Assembly: GCA_964371615.1 (NCBI GenBank)
Contig: CAYJMS010000003.1
Location: 66,629 to 130,628, forward strand
Source: an uncultured Chitinophagaceae bacterium
Lineage (GTDB): Bacteria > Bacteroidota > Ignavibacteria > UBA10030 > UBA8401
Direction: 5' to 3'
DNA length: 64,000 bases
The stretch's first letter is position 1; the number at the start of each line of letters is the position of its first letter. The notes below the pieces were generated by a model, which saw nothing but the letters and a program-made list of their open reading frames with translations, was not told where the DNA came from and searched no databases. Both the position numbers and the translations under genes were made by a program. Positions 32,164-41,330 of this stretch are shown piece by piece.

Positions 32164-32667
32164 ATGATACTTCAACGATTGAAAGATTTCCTCGACAGCC
32201 GGAAGATCAAGTACATGGTCATCCAGCATTCACCGGCATATACTTCTCTGGAAATTGCCGCAATGGCAAAGATCCCGGGAAAGGAGATCGCCAAGACGGT
32301 GATTGTCACCGCGGACGGAAGAAAAGCGATGGTTGTGGTACCGGCATCGCATATGGTCGATTTCATCTCTCTGCGCACATTCATGAACGCCGAACAGGTC
32401 GAACTCGCCGGCGAGCAGCAGTTCAAGGATCTCTTCCCCGATTGCGAAGTCGGGGCGATGCCGCCGTTCGGTAATCTGTTCAATCTGGAGGTGATCGTTG
32501 CCGACAGTCTTGCGGAAGATGAGATGATCGCATTCAATGCCGGTACACATAAGGAACTGATCAGAATGTCGTTCCGGGATTTTTCGGAACTGGCGAAGCC
32601 GAAGATCACAAAGTGCTCGTTCCCAAAACGGCATGCCATCTCGCGCGAAGCGTGGGATATTCCGTAA
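32164..32667 (+). CDS. YbaK/aminoacyl-tRNA deacylase-like domain protein
   Basis: 167 aa. Pattern typical of the YbaK/ProX associated domain (HSPAYTSLEIAA...KTVIV...MPPFGNLF). Confidence 0.65.
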   Translation: MILQRLKDFLDSRKIKYMVIQHSPAYTSLEIAAMAKIPGKEIAKTVIVTADGRKAMVVVPASHMVDFISLRTFMNAEQVELAGEQQFKDLFPDCEVGAMPPFGNLFNLEVIVADSLAEDEMIAFNAGTHKELIRMSFRDFSELAKPKITKCSFPKRHAISREAWDIP

Positions 32668-32926
32668 CAGCGGCGCACGGCGAACAATTGATCTCTTGTA
32701 AGTCGTTACCCTGTGCGTAATTGTATTGCGCGTCGTTATGCCGCTTGCTTTTGGCGCGGGGAAGGTTGACATTAATGAAGCACGGTGAGGCATACTGTCT
32801 CACCGTGTCTCCAATACATAGACCTGAAAAGTGTGCGGCTGATAGCGGTGGTCCTGTCTCAACAACGATTGAATTCACCTCCCGAAATCATTCAGACTGT
32901 CAACACGATTCACAAGGAGAACTATC

Positions 32927-33142
32927 ATGACCTTTGTCCCGGTAACGACAGTCACTACCATTCCATCCACCGCCGGTTCCCGATGCGTCGAATTGATTCA
33001 TTCAACAGGAGATCCATGCGCGTGGATTGTCCGGATTTCAAAGAAGTTCCTCTGGTTCAGAAGAAATTCTACCCGTGTGTGGTTCGCCGATGAGCAGCAG
33101 GCGCTGCGGTTCGCGCAGTCAAAAGCGCAGCAGGCCGCATAA
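32927..33142 (+). CDS. small hypothetical protein
   Basis: 71 aa. AAGGAGA 7 nt upstream of the ATG. No recognisable motif. Confidence 0.35.
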   Translation: MTFVPVTTVTTIPSTAGSRCVELIHSTGDPCAWIVRISKKFLWFRRNSTRVWFADEQQALRFAQSKAQQAA

Positions 33143-33418
33143 ACCTTAGATAGAGAAAGCATTATTATGACAAACGGAGAGTACCAAAAGAAACATCATC
33201 GGGGAAGTTCGCCGTCGCACGACGGGGAGTCCGGTGCACCATCCGGAAACGTCTCGTCGGAGGAGTGGAAGAATTTGAACATCACTCTCCTTCCGCCGTC
33301 ATCCCCTGCCGGAAAAACGAATGAAAAACCGAGTGACGAAATACAACGGTTGGAGAAATAATTTCCATTCTCATCGTATTCAACGTGCGAATGTGCTGAC
33401 GCCGACGTAAATATTTTT

Positions 33419-33449
33419 CTTGCATCTCCCCCTTTTTTCTGCAAACTTC
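33419..33449 (+). promoter_or_regulatory. shared promoter-like motif CTTGCATCTCC-N12-CAAACTTC, copy 1
   Basis: Ends 41 nt upstream of ATG 33491. Identical boxes and spacing at 35464-35494. Confidence 0.45.
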
Positions 33450-33490
33450 CATGCAGCATTCCGAATCTCCCGACCAATGTATCGACTGCA

Positions 33491-33931
33491 ATGAGCGCTC
33501 AATCGCGTAAAAATATCATCGTCTATTTTCTGGCTATTTTCACTGTCGGTGCGTTGTTTTACGCATATTATGAACGCGACCGTGAGATTATGGAGAAGAT
33601 CTCCCGTTTCGGAAACCAAACCGATTCCGCAGTAGTAATGAGTACTGAGGATGAGAAACGAATCGCCGCGCAGTTCTCCGACAGCACGCTGCCGGATTTG
33701 AAGCGGCTCGGTTTGATTATTAGTTATAACCGTACCGAGATTGAAACAATCATCACTGTCGCGGGAAAAATTTGGAATGAGCGGTCATCGTTTTTTAAGG
33801 AAAGTTTCCTCACGCAAATTTCGATATACAATAAGGTAAATGGATTTTCCGTAGTGGTAAAAATTCTCGACGACGAGACGCATCAGTTGTATGCGCAGAT
33901 CGTCCCTCCTGATCGGAAAGAGATCTTCTGA
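33491..33931 (+). CDS. hypothetical membrane-anchored protein
   Basis: 146 aa. One N-terminal TM (IIVYFLAIFTVGALFYAYY). No known motif. Confidence 0.5.
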   Translation: MSAQSRKNIIVYFLAIFTVGALFYAYYERDREIMEKISRFGNQTDSAVVMSTEDEKRIAAQFSDSTLPDLKRLGLIISYNRTEIETIITVAGKIWNERSSFFKESFLTQISIYNKVNGFSVVVKILDDETHQLYAQIVPPDRKEIF

Positions 33932-33941
33932 TTGCACCCCC

Positions 33942-34388
33942 ATGCCCGCAAAATCTCAACAGACCGAAAGATCATTCCTCATCGCTCCATGCGGCATGAA
34001 CTGCGCGCTCTGCATGGCGTTCCAGCGTGATATCAACAAATGTCCCGGCTGTAACGGAAGCAATGCCAATAAACCGGTCTATTGTGTGCGGTGCAGAATC
34101 AAGCATTGCAAAGAATTGAAGCGCTCCAAAGGGACGTACTGCTTTGAATGCCAGGCATTCCCGTGCAAACGGCTGCAGCAGCTCGATAAACGATACCGCA
34201 CGAAATACGGCATGAGCATGATCGACAATCTGCGGTCAATCGAAAAAATCGGAATCGAAAAATTTATACGGCAGGAACAGCGCCGGTGGAAATGTTCCCA
34301 TTGCAGTTCTCTTGTCTCCGTCCATCGTCCAGCGTGTCTTTCCTGCGGAACAAAAAAATCCACACCAGTACAACGGCGGTTATTATGA
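33942..34388 (+). CDS. Cys-rich DUF3795-like protein
   Basis: Trimmed to ATG 33942. CGMNCALC...CPGCNG...CVRC..HC...C..C..C pattern. Confidence 0.6.
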   Translation: MPAKSQQTERSFLIAPCGMNCALCMAFQRDINKCPGCNGSNANKPVYCVRCRIKHCKELKRSKGTYCFECQAFPCKRLQQLDKRYRTKYGMSMIDNLRSIEKIGIEKFIRQEQRRWKCSHCSSLVSVHRPACLSCGTKKSTPVQRRLL

Positions 34389-35146
34389 AACAATGGTACG
34401 AATCATTGTTTACCCATTACGGCAGACAATACGACAATGAAAATTTTACGCAGGGAACGATCGGCGAATGTAATTTTATCGAACGTGAAGTTGCATACAA
34501 TAAAAAGGTGCGTATTCTCGATATCGGCTGCGGCACCGGACGCCATTCCATTGAACTTACCAAACGGGGCTACACGGTAACCGGGGTGGATCTCTCCGAA
34601 TCGATGTTGAGTACTGCAAACGAAAAGGCGGCGGCAGAAGGACTCACTATCGATTTCCGGCAGCACGATGCACGAGCGCTCCCCTTCTCCGGCGAATTCG
34701 ACCTGGCGATCATGCTCTGCGAAGGGGGATTTCCTCTCATGGAGACCGACGAGATGAATTTTGCGATACTGAAAAGCGCAGCAGCGGCATTGAAACCGAG
34801 CGGACTGTTTATTTTCACAACGTTGAACGGACTGTTCCCCCTCTTCCATTCCGTGAAAGATTTTCTTGCGTCGGCAGCAAAAGAGGGAAACGCAACGTAC
34901 ACGAAGAATACGTTCGATCTGATGACCTTCCGCGACCGCAATATCACCACCGTTACGAATGACCTCGGCGAAAAAGTGGAATTGGACTGCAACGAACGGT
35001 ACTATGTCCCCTCCGAAATCACTTGGCTGCTGAAATCACTCGGCTTCGGTACGGTAGAAATCTTCGGAGCGAAACTCGGCGCATTCAGCAGAAACGATGC
35101 ACTCACGACGGAGGATTATGAGATGCTGGTGGTTGCACACATCTGA
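34385..35146 (+). CDS. class I SAM-dependent methyltransferase
   Basis: Trimmed to ATG 34385 (ATGA overlap with the upstream stop). Motif I ILDIGCGTGRHS. Confidence 0.8.
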   Translation: MKQWYESLFTHYGRQYDNENFTQGTIGECNFIEREVAYNKKVRILDIGCGTGRHSIELTKRGYTVTGVDLSESMLSTANEKAAAEGLTIDFRQHDARALPFSGEFDLAIMLCEGGFPLMETDEMNFAILKSAAAALKPSGLFIFTTLNGLFPLFHSVKDFLASAAKEGNATYTKNTFDLMTFRDRNITTVTNDLGEKVELDCNERYYVPSEITWLLKSLGFGTVEIFGAKLGAFSRNDALTTEDYEMLVVAHI

Positions 35147-35207
35147 TGCATACATGGTTATAATCAATTATATTCAGAACACATGTAGGCAATGAAATGA
35201 GGATTTA

Positions 35208-35387
35208 ATGGGAACCGTTAAAAAAGAATTGCGTGATTCAATTGGCAAAATGTCGGATACCGCAACGATGGACGAGATCATGTATCGTTTGTATGTATTG
35301 GATAAAATTTCCAAGGGCCGCGATGCGATCAGACAGGGCAAAGTAATCACTGTCGATGAACTTAAGAATGAAATGAAGCAGTGGTAA
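35208..35387 (+). CDS. small antitoxin-like protein (orphan)
   Basis: Own translation, 59 aa: MGTVKKELRDSIGKMSDTATMDEIMYRLYVLDKISKGRDAIRQGKVITVDELKNEMKQW. Resembles small antitoxins paired with RelE/ParE toxins (from memory). Too short for the ORF track. Confidence 0.4.
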   Translation: MGTVKKELRDSIGKMSDTATMDEIMYRLYVLDKISKGRDAIRQGKVITVDELKNEMKQW

Positions 35388-35463
35388 TTTTAAATCTTCG
35401 AAAATTCACTACAAGCGGAATTTATCCCCCGAAAAAATCGCACGTAAAGATTGATTTTTTCCC

Positions 35464-35494
35464 CTTGCATCTCCGATAAATTTCAGCAAACTTC
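35464..35494 (+). promoter_or_regulatory. shared promoter-like motif CTTGCATCTCC-N12-CAAACTTC, copy 2
   Basis: Ends 56 nt upstream of ATG 35551 (M16 operon). Confidence 0.45.
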
Positions 35495-35550
35495 TTCTCA
35501 CATGTTTTCCATCCTAAACAATTGTCAACACATAACTAAGGAGATCTCTG

Positions 35551-36894
35551 ATGAAACAGCTCATGCTATTTCTCGTCATCTGCCTGGTGATCGGCGTTTC
35601 CGCATTGTCTGCTGCGGATAAGATATTGCCCTACCCGATCCACCAGAAGCAGCTGGCTAACGGACTGAACGTTGTCACCGTGCAGTTCGACAGTCCCGGC
35701 CTCGCCGCATTTTATATTGTGGTGCGTGTCGGTTCGCGCAACGAAGTGGAAGAAGGCGTCACCGGATTCGCCCACTTTTTCGAACATATGATGTTCCGCG
35801 GTACGGATAAGTATCCCCGCGAAAAATACAACGAAGTGCTCAAGTCGATCGGCGCCGGCGCCAATGCCAACACGTCGCTCGACCGTACCATCTATCACAT
35901 GACCGGCGATGCGACGAAACTCGAGACGATGTTCGATCTCGAAGCGGACCGTTTCATGAATCTGAATTACAGCGAACACGATTTTAAAACGGAAGCCGGC
36001 GCGGTAAAAGGCGAATACACAAAAAACTTCGCCAGCCCGTACCAACAGTCGTACGAAAACACCGTCAATACCGCGTTCGACAAGCATACGTATAAACATA
36101 CGACGATGGGTTTCTTTAAGGATATCGTCGATATGCCGAATCAATACAAGTATTCGCTCGAGTTCTTCAACCGGTATTACCGTCCGGAGTATTCCACGGT
36201 TGTCGTGGTCGGCGATGTCACGCCGGAAAAGGTGAACGCTCTCGCCGAGAAATATTTCGGCATGTGGAAACGGGGCACGTATGTCTCCGTCGTGTCGCCG
36301 GAACCTCCGCAGGATACGACCCGCTCGACGCATTTGAAGGACGGCAGCATTCCTCCGTACCTAAGCCTGAACTATAAAGGACCGGCATTCAACGACAGCG
36401 AAATCGATATGCCGGCGCTCGATGTGATGTCGTCGATCCTCTTTTCGCCCACGTCAGAACTGTACAAAAAACTGGTGATCCGCGAACAAAAAGTGCGTCA
36501 GATCGGCGGGGGAGCTTCCGATACGCGCGATCCGTACCTCTTCTCCATCAGCGCATCGCTGGTAAAGAAGGAAGATCTGCAGTATGTGAAGGATGAAATC
36601 GTCAAAGCGATCGAGGAATTCAAACAGACCGGCGCGGATGCCGATTTGCTTGCCAAAACAAAATCGCGGCTGAAATACAGCTTCGCAATGGGGATCGATA
36701 ATCCTTCCACGATCGCGAATTCGCTCTGCGCATACATCACGCTCACCGGCGATCCTGAATCGTTGAACCGCCTCTACACACAATATGACACCGTGACGAA
36801 CGACGATCTGAAACGGATTACCGCAAAATATTTTGTTCCGTCGGGATTGACGATATCGACGATCTCCGCCGACGAGCAGGGAGGTGTGAAATAA
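35551..36894 (+). CDS. M16 family zinc peptidase (active subunit)
   Basis: 447 aa with signal peptide. Inverted zincin HFFEHMMFRGT (HxxEH). AAGGAG RBS. Confidence 0.9.
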   Translation: MKQLMLFLVICLVIGVSALSAADKILPYPIHQKQLANGLNVVTVQFDSPGLAAFYIVVRVGSRNEVEEGVTGFAHFFEHMMFRGTDKYPREKYNEVLKSIGAGANANTSLDRTIYHMTGDATKLETMFDLEADRFMNLNYSEHDFKTEAGAVKGEYTKNFASPYQQSYENTVNTAFDKHTYKHTTMGFFKDIVDMPNQYKYSLEFFNRYYRPEYSTVVVVGDVTPEKVNALAEKYFGMWKRGTYVSVVSPEPPQDTTRSTHLKDGSIPPYLSLNYKGPAFNDSEIDMPALDVMSSILFSPTSELYKKLVIREQKVRQIGGGASDTRDPYLFSISASLVKKEDLQYVKDEIVKAIEEFKQTGADADLLAKTKSRLKYSFAMGIDNPSTIANSLCAYITLTGDPESLNRLYTQYDTVTNDDLKRITAKYFVPSGLTISTISADEQGGVK

Positions 36895-38426
36895 TGAAAG
36901 CACTCATCATGACAGTACTGTTTGCGGCGTCGCTGTTCGCCCAGAATGTTATCGAACTGAAACAGCCGAACTCCAATAAAGTCATCATCAAACTGCGGTT
37001 CACCAACGGTTCCATCGCCGATCCGAAAGGAAAAGAGGGACTGACCGCCGCCGCCGTGAATCTCATTACGCAGGGCGGAACGAAGGACATGACGTACAGC
37101 GAAATCCAGGAAAAAATTTATCCCTGGGCTGCGGGATATTACGGACTGGTGGATAAAGAAGTCACGACATTCACGTTTGCCGTGCATGTCGATTTTCTCG
37201 ATCAGTTCTATCCGATCGTAAAAGGATTACTGCTGACACCATCGTTTGCCGAAAATGATTTCCAGCGGGTGATGAAGAACCAGCAGAACTATGTCGATCA
37301 GGTGATTCGCGCATCGTCCGACGAGGAATACAGCAAGAAAGCGCTGGAAGACCTCCTCTTCCGCGGAACCAACTATCAGCATATGGTACAGGGAAAATCC
37401 GAAAGCGTGAAATCGATCACGCTCGACGATATCAAGCAGCAGTATGCGAATGTTTTTACAAAGAATAATCTGCTGATCGGTATTGCCGGCAATTACTCTC
37501 CCGCATTCCTGAAACAATTGAAAGCGGACATGGCAATGCTCTCCAATAAGAAGTACACCGCACCAAAGCCGGGCAAAGCAAACATGCCGAACGGCGTTGA
37601 GGTGGAAATCGTTGCAAAAGACGGCGCGTTCGGTTCCGCCATCTTTACCGGCACGCCATTATCCATCACCCGTTCATCGAAGGAGTTTGCCGCTTTGATG
37701 GTCGCCAATTCGTATCTCGGCGAACACCGCAAATCGTACGGACAATTGTATCAGAAGATCCGCGAGACTCGGTCGATGAATTACGGCAACTATTCGTATA
37801 TCGAATGGTACAACAATGGCGGCGGCTATATGCTTCCTCCCTCCGGAGTACCGCGGCAATCGAATTATTTTTCCCTCTGGATCCGTCCCGTACAGATCGG
37901 TAAGCAGCTCCGTCAGCAGTATGAAGAACTGAAGGATTTCAAGATCGGCCACGCTCATTTCGCTCTCCGGATGGCAATCCGCGAAGTGGACGACATCATC
38001 ACAAACGGGCTGACAAAAGAGGAATTCGAAGCGACCCGTTCGTTCCTGCGTAGCTACATGAAATTGTACGTGCAGACGCCGAACGAGCAGCTCGGGTATC
38101 TTATGGATTCAAAGTTCTACGGACGGAAGGATTTCATCACCGAGTTCGACAAATTGCTGGGGACCCTGACGGTAAAGGATGTCAATGCCGCGGCGAAGAA
38201 ATACTGGCGGACAAACAACATGTACGTCACCATCGTCACCGACCGAAGCGAAGCGGAGGAACTGGCAAAGAGCCTGAAAGAGAATCTCCCCTCTCCGATG
38301 AGTTACTCCAATCTCGTGAAAGCGGGATTGCCGAAATCGGTCCTGGATGAGGATGACATTGTCGCGACGTATAAACTCAACGTCAAAAAAGTGACGATCG
38401 TCGATTCGAAGGATACGTTTAAATAG
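36894..38426 (+). CDS. M16 family peptidase-like protein (no HxxEH, probable non-catalytic partner)
   Basis: 510 aa. Start overlaps the upstream stop (ATAATG). M16 fold-like length and signal peptide, but no HxxEH motif. Confidence 0.75.
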   Translation: MKALIMTVLFAASLFAQNVIELKQPNSNKVIIKLRFTNGSIADPKGKEGLTAAAVNLITQGGTKDMTYSEIQEKIYPWAAGYYGLVDKEVTTFTFAVHVDFLDQFYPIVKGLLLTPSFAENDFQRVMKNQQNYVDQVIRASSDEEYSKKALEDLLFRGTNYQHMVQGKSESVKSITLDDIKQQYANVFTKNNLLIGIAGNYSPAFLKQLKADMAMLSNKKYTAPKPGKANMPNGVEVEIVAKDGAFGSAIFTGTPLSITRSSKEFAALMVANSYLGEHRKSYGQLYQKIRETRSMNYGNYSYIEWYNNGGGYMLPPSGVPRQSNYFSLWIRPVQIGKQLRQQYEELKDFKIGHAHFALRMAIREVDDIITNGLTKEEFEATRSFLRSYMKLYVQTPNEQLGYLMDSKFYGRKDFITEFDKLLGTLTVKDVNAAAKKYWRTNNMYVTIVTDRSEAEELAKSLKENLPSPMSYSNLVKAGLPKSVLDEDDIVATYKLNVKKVTIVDSKDTFK

Positions 38427-38440
38427 AAAATATTCTTAAA

Positions 38441-38469
38441 GTGATCGTCACCTGTCAGGTGTCGGTCAC
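38441..38469. repeat. imperfect palindrome family P-D (GTGATCGTCACCT..AGGTGTCGGTCAC)
   Basis: A second copy in opposite orientation lies at 56453-56483. Both are immediately 3' of a gene. Confidence 0.7.
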
Positions 38470-38485
38470 TTTCTGCTTAATTCTT

Positions 38486-38518
38486 CCGCCGCGGCAGCTG
38501 TCGCGGCGGTTTTATTTT
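38486..38518 (+). terminator. Rho-independent terminator of the M16 operon
   Basis: CCGCCGCG-gcagctgt-CGCGGCGG followed by TTTTATTTT. Confidence 0.8.
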
Positions 38519-38529
38519 CTGGTGAGTGA

Positions 38530-38560
38530 GTGATGCCATGACTTGGAGTCATGGCATCAC
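38530..38560. repeat. palindrome family P-C, copy 1 (GTGATGCCATGACT-tgg-AGTCATGGCATCAC)
   Basis: Perfect 14-bp arms. The second copy at 42614-42666 has a 25-nt loop insert. Confidence 0.85.
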
Positions 38561-38571
38561 TTAAAATATTG

Positions 38572-38733
38572 TATCTTGTTCCCAAACTCTCCGCCGGAGG
38601 CGGACAGGCGTTTGGGAACGCAGCGTATTTGAAACTCCGTTTCATATATTTATACTGCATTGAAGCTGAGCTTCATACAGATCCGTTCCCAACGGGACGC
38701 CCGCCTGCCGTCGGGCAGGTTGGGAACGAGATA
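38572..38733 (+). mobile_element. four-hairpin TIR element (MITE-like), copy A, 162 bp
   Basis: TATCTTGTTCCCAAAC...GTTGGGAACGAGATA. Carries an extra mini-hairpin (CCTGCC-gtcg-GGCAGG) in the loop of hairpin 4. Confidence 0.8.
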
Positions 38734-38873
38734 AAAGCGCCGTCAGACATCGGTAGCAGAAAGAGAACGTCTGACATTGCTTTTCAATGTCTGACGTTTC
38801 CTCAAATACATTATGAGATGTCAGACGGTGAAAAGCGCCGTCAGACATCGTTGGCAGAAAGAGAACGTCTGAC
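38733..38873 (+). repeat. 43-bp direct repeat x2 with GTCAGAC/GTCTGAC hairpins
   Basis: AAAAGCGCCGTCAGACATCGxTxGCAGAAAGAGAACGTCTGAC at 38733-38775 and 38831-38873, with an inverted GTCTGAC..GTCAGAC unit between them. Confidence 0.8.
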
Positions 38874-38987
38874 CTGCCTTGTTCCCCGAATCATTAAGAT
38901 TTGGCAAGTCTTCCGTTTGTATTGACATTCACTAAAAGAATCTTTTCTTATTGTGAGAAACATTTTTGATTTTTGGGAGGTATTGAT

Positions 38988-40052
38988 ATGCAACAGTGGC
39001 TTGATCTCGTTTTTTTCAATAATACGGTGCAGGATTATCTCATCACCGCAGGCATTATCTTTGCGATTTTTCTCGTCCTCAAAATTTTCAAATCGGTTGT
39101 CATCAACCGGATGAAACGATGGAGCGAAAAAACTTCCGGAACGCTGGACGATTTCATCGTCCGGCAGCTCGAACGGCTGGCGGTGCCGCTGGTCTATGCG
39201 ATATCTCCGTACATCGCGCTGCAGTATCTTTCGTTCGGTGAAACGGTTGCACGGATTGTGCAATCGGTCTTCATCGTGGCGGTGACATTTTTTACGGCAC
39301 GGTTCATCATTTCAACAATGAACTACTTCCTTACCGTCTTCGCGGAAAAACGCCAGACGGGCGGCGGCTCGCAGAGTATCAAGGGAATCTCCGGTTTTTT
39401 ATCGTTTCTTGTCTGGGGATTGAGCGTCGTCTTCCTGATGGATAACCTCGGATTCAAAGTTTCCACCATCGTCGCCGGCCTCGGCATCGGCGGCATTGCG
39501 GTGGCGCTGGCGGCACAGGCGATACTGGGAGATCTCTTCAGTTATTTCGTCATCTTTTTCGATCGTCCATTCCAGGTCGGAGATTTCATCATGGTCGATA
39601 CCAAACTCGGCGAGGTGGAGCATGTCGGCATCAAGACGACACGCATTAAGAGTCTCAGCGGAGAGGAAATGGTCTTCTCCAACAAGGATCTGACCGATTC
39701 CCGGATTCATAATTTCAAGAAGATGGAGCGGCGGCGCGTGGTTTTCGCCATCGGCGTCACGTACCAGACCTCACTCGAGAAGGTAAAGGAGATTCCGGAA
39801 ATATTGAAGCGGATCATCGTCGAGCAGACAAACGCTACATTTGACCGTGCGCATTTTAAAGAGTACGGTCCGTTCAGTCTCAACTTTGAGGCGGTGTATT
39901 ATGTGATCGGAGCGGATTTCAACCGGTATATGGATATCCAGCAGAGCATCAATCTGACGATCTATGAAGAATTCGCACAGCGAAAGATCGAATTCGCCTA
40001 TCCGACACAGACGCTGTTTGTGCAGGCGGAAAATATAGCGGTGGCGGAGTGA
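38988..40052 (+). CDS. MscS family mechanosensitive ion channel
   Basis: Track start 38973 is TTG inside the GGGAGG RBS; ATG 38988 gives MQQWLDLVFF. TM helices followed by the beta-domain block PFQVGDFIMVDTKLGEVEHVGIKTTRIKSLSGEEMVFSN. Confidence 0.85.
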   Translation: MQQWLDLVFFNNTVQDYLITAGIIFAIFLVLKIFKSVVINRMKRWSEKTSGTLDDFIVRQLERLAVPLVYAISPYIALQYLSFGETVARIVQSVFIVAVTFFTARFIISTMNYFLTVFAEKRQTGGGSQSIKGISGFLSFLVWGLSVVFLMDNLGFKVSTIVAGLGIGGIAVALAAQAILGDLFSYFVIFFDRPFQVGDFIMVDTKLGEVEHVGIKTTRIKSLSGEEMVFSNKDLTDSRIHNFKKMERRRVVFAIGVTYQTSLEKVKEIPEILKRIIVEQTNATFDRAHFKEYGPFSLNFEAVYYVIGADFNRYMDIQQSINLTIYEEFAQRKIEFAYPTQTLFVQAENIAVAE

Positions 40053-40151
40053 CGGGTTACTTTAAAATGAAATAAATATCATCGGCCACAAAATCACGAA
40101 ATCACAAAATTAAAATTAGATGAAAGAAACGGCAGCGGCACGGAAAGATCC

Positions 40152-40292
40152 TATTTCGTTCCCAAACTCTCCGCCGGAGGCGGACAGGCGTTTGGGAACG
40201 TCATGTGTTTGAAACTCCGTTTCACATAATTTACTGTATTGAAGCAGAGATTCATACAGATACGTTCCCAATGGGATGTTGGGAACGAGATA
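40152..40292 (+). mobile_element. four-hairpin TIR element, copy B, 141 bp
   Basis: TATTTCGTTCCCAAAC-tctccgccggaggcggacaggc-GTTTGGGAACG...CGTTCCCAATGGGATGTTGGGAACGAGATA. Confidence 0.8.
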
Positions 40293-40517
40293 AACAAATA
40301 CGATGCAGGGATTTATTTATAGGACATGGGTATGGAAAGGCTTAACATTTCTTATGATATGGCCGTGGTGGGTTCGGAAATCAATGCATTTTTATTTTCT
40401 AATATCCAAATCCATATCTTGGAAAGCCTTGGTGGATACCCACCTGGACTGACGATCTGATGGAAGACCATATCGCCATTTACAAAAGTTATTTTGGGAA
40501 ACGATTGGAGTGATTAT

Positions 40518-41078
40518 ATGAAAATAATCATAGTATTACTTTTAGCGATTTCATTTATGACATGCCAGAATCGAGAAAACGAAATATCGCAACGAATTAA
40601 GATAATTCAATCCAAGATTGCCCAATTGGATGATACAACATTTTTAAATACCTCAGTACTAAAAAGAGGTGATTCGTATTTTATCACATTTGATACGACT
40701 GGAATTCGTTTTTCATTTTCAGGGTATGTGAATGGGGTGCCTGAAAGTTTAAAAATAAACGAAGAAACCAGAGTGATAATTAATGAAAAATTTCATTCAT
40801 TTTATAACCTGACAGATTCAGAAATTGAAAATAGGATATTGCAGCGAGCATACACTCTTATTGGCTTGTTTAAAGAAATAAATGTCGGGTATGTAGATGG
40901 TAGCAATAGACGCTTTAAGGCTGTTAAATATTTTATTGATGAATATCATGTATTAGTGAAAATATCATCTGGAAATATTACAGACATATTTGATCCGTCG
41001 AAAGTAAAAAGTACACGCAATCTTGAATCTGACTGGATCTATGTTGAATTCAATGAACCGTATGGATTTGGTGGTTAG
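40518..41078 (+). CDS. hypothetical exported protein (orphan, AT-rich)
   Basis: Trimmed to ATG 40518 (MKIIIVLLLAISFMTCQ). No known motif. Confidence 0.55.
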   Translation: MKIIIVLLLAISFMTCQNRENEISQRIKIIQSKIAQLDDTTFLNTSVLKRGDSYFITFDTTGIRFSFSGYVNGVPESLKINEETRVIINEKFHSFYNLTDSEIENRILQRAYTLIGLFKEINVGYVDGSNRRFKAVKYFIDEYHVLVKISSGNITDIFDPSKVKSTRNLESDWIYVEFNEPYGFGG

Positions 41079-41127
41079 GTAAGGACCATAAAAACACTAC
41101 TGAGTATCTTACTATGTGTCACACTTA

Positions 41128-41248
41128 TATCTCGTTCCCAAACTCTGTTTGGGAACGTCATGTGTTTGAAACTCCGTTTCACATATTTATACTGTATTGA
41201 AGCAGATCTTCATACAGATACGTTCCCCACGGGACGTTGGGAACGATA
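41128..41248 (+). mobile_element. four-hairpin TIR element, copy C, 121 bp (lacks the hairpin-1 loop insert)
   Basis: TATCTCGTTCCCAAAC-tct-GTTTGGGAACG...CGTTCCCCACGGGACGTTGGGAACGATA. Confidence 0.8.
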
Positions 41249-41330
41249 CGCATATTATCGATTTTATGATGATGCTGTACCGGACTAATATGTCTTTAGT
41301 GAAGATTGAGTGACAAAAACACAATTTATT

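Noticed and set aside
33167-33361. 64-aa ORF MTNGEYQKKHHRGSSPSHDGESG...
   Set aside because: Low-complexity, Ser/Pro/Gly-rich, with no RBS-like purine run and no motif. It cannot be supported as a gene, although it is not excluded.
38466-38925. Track ORFs 38466-38660, 38551-38925, 38642-38848 and their look-alikes 42405-42635 and 42452-42658, which share the peptide FPNACPPPAESLGTRY.
   Set aside because: The shared peptide is just the translated TIR-element repeat. The ORFs span palindromes and have no start context.
40326-40460. 44-aa ORF (MGMERLNISYDMAVVGSEINAFLFSNIQIHILESLGGYPPGLTI) at the left edge of the AT-rich island, possibly a gene remnant.
   Set aside because: No recognisable family and no start context. 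It could be a pseudogene fragment, but nothing in the sequence proves that.
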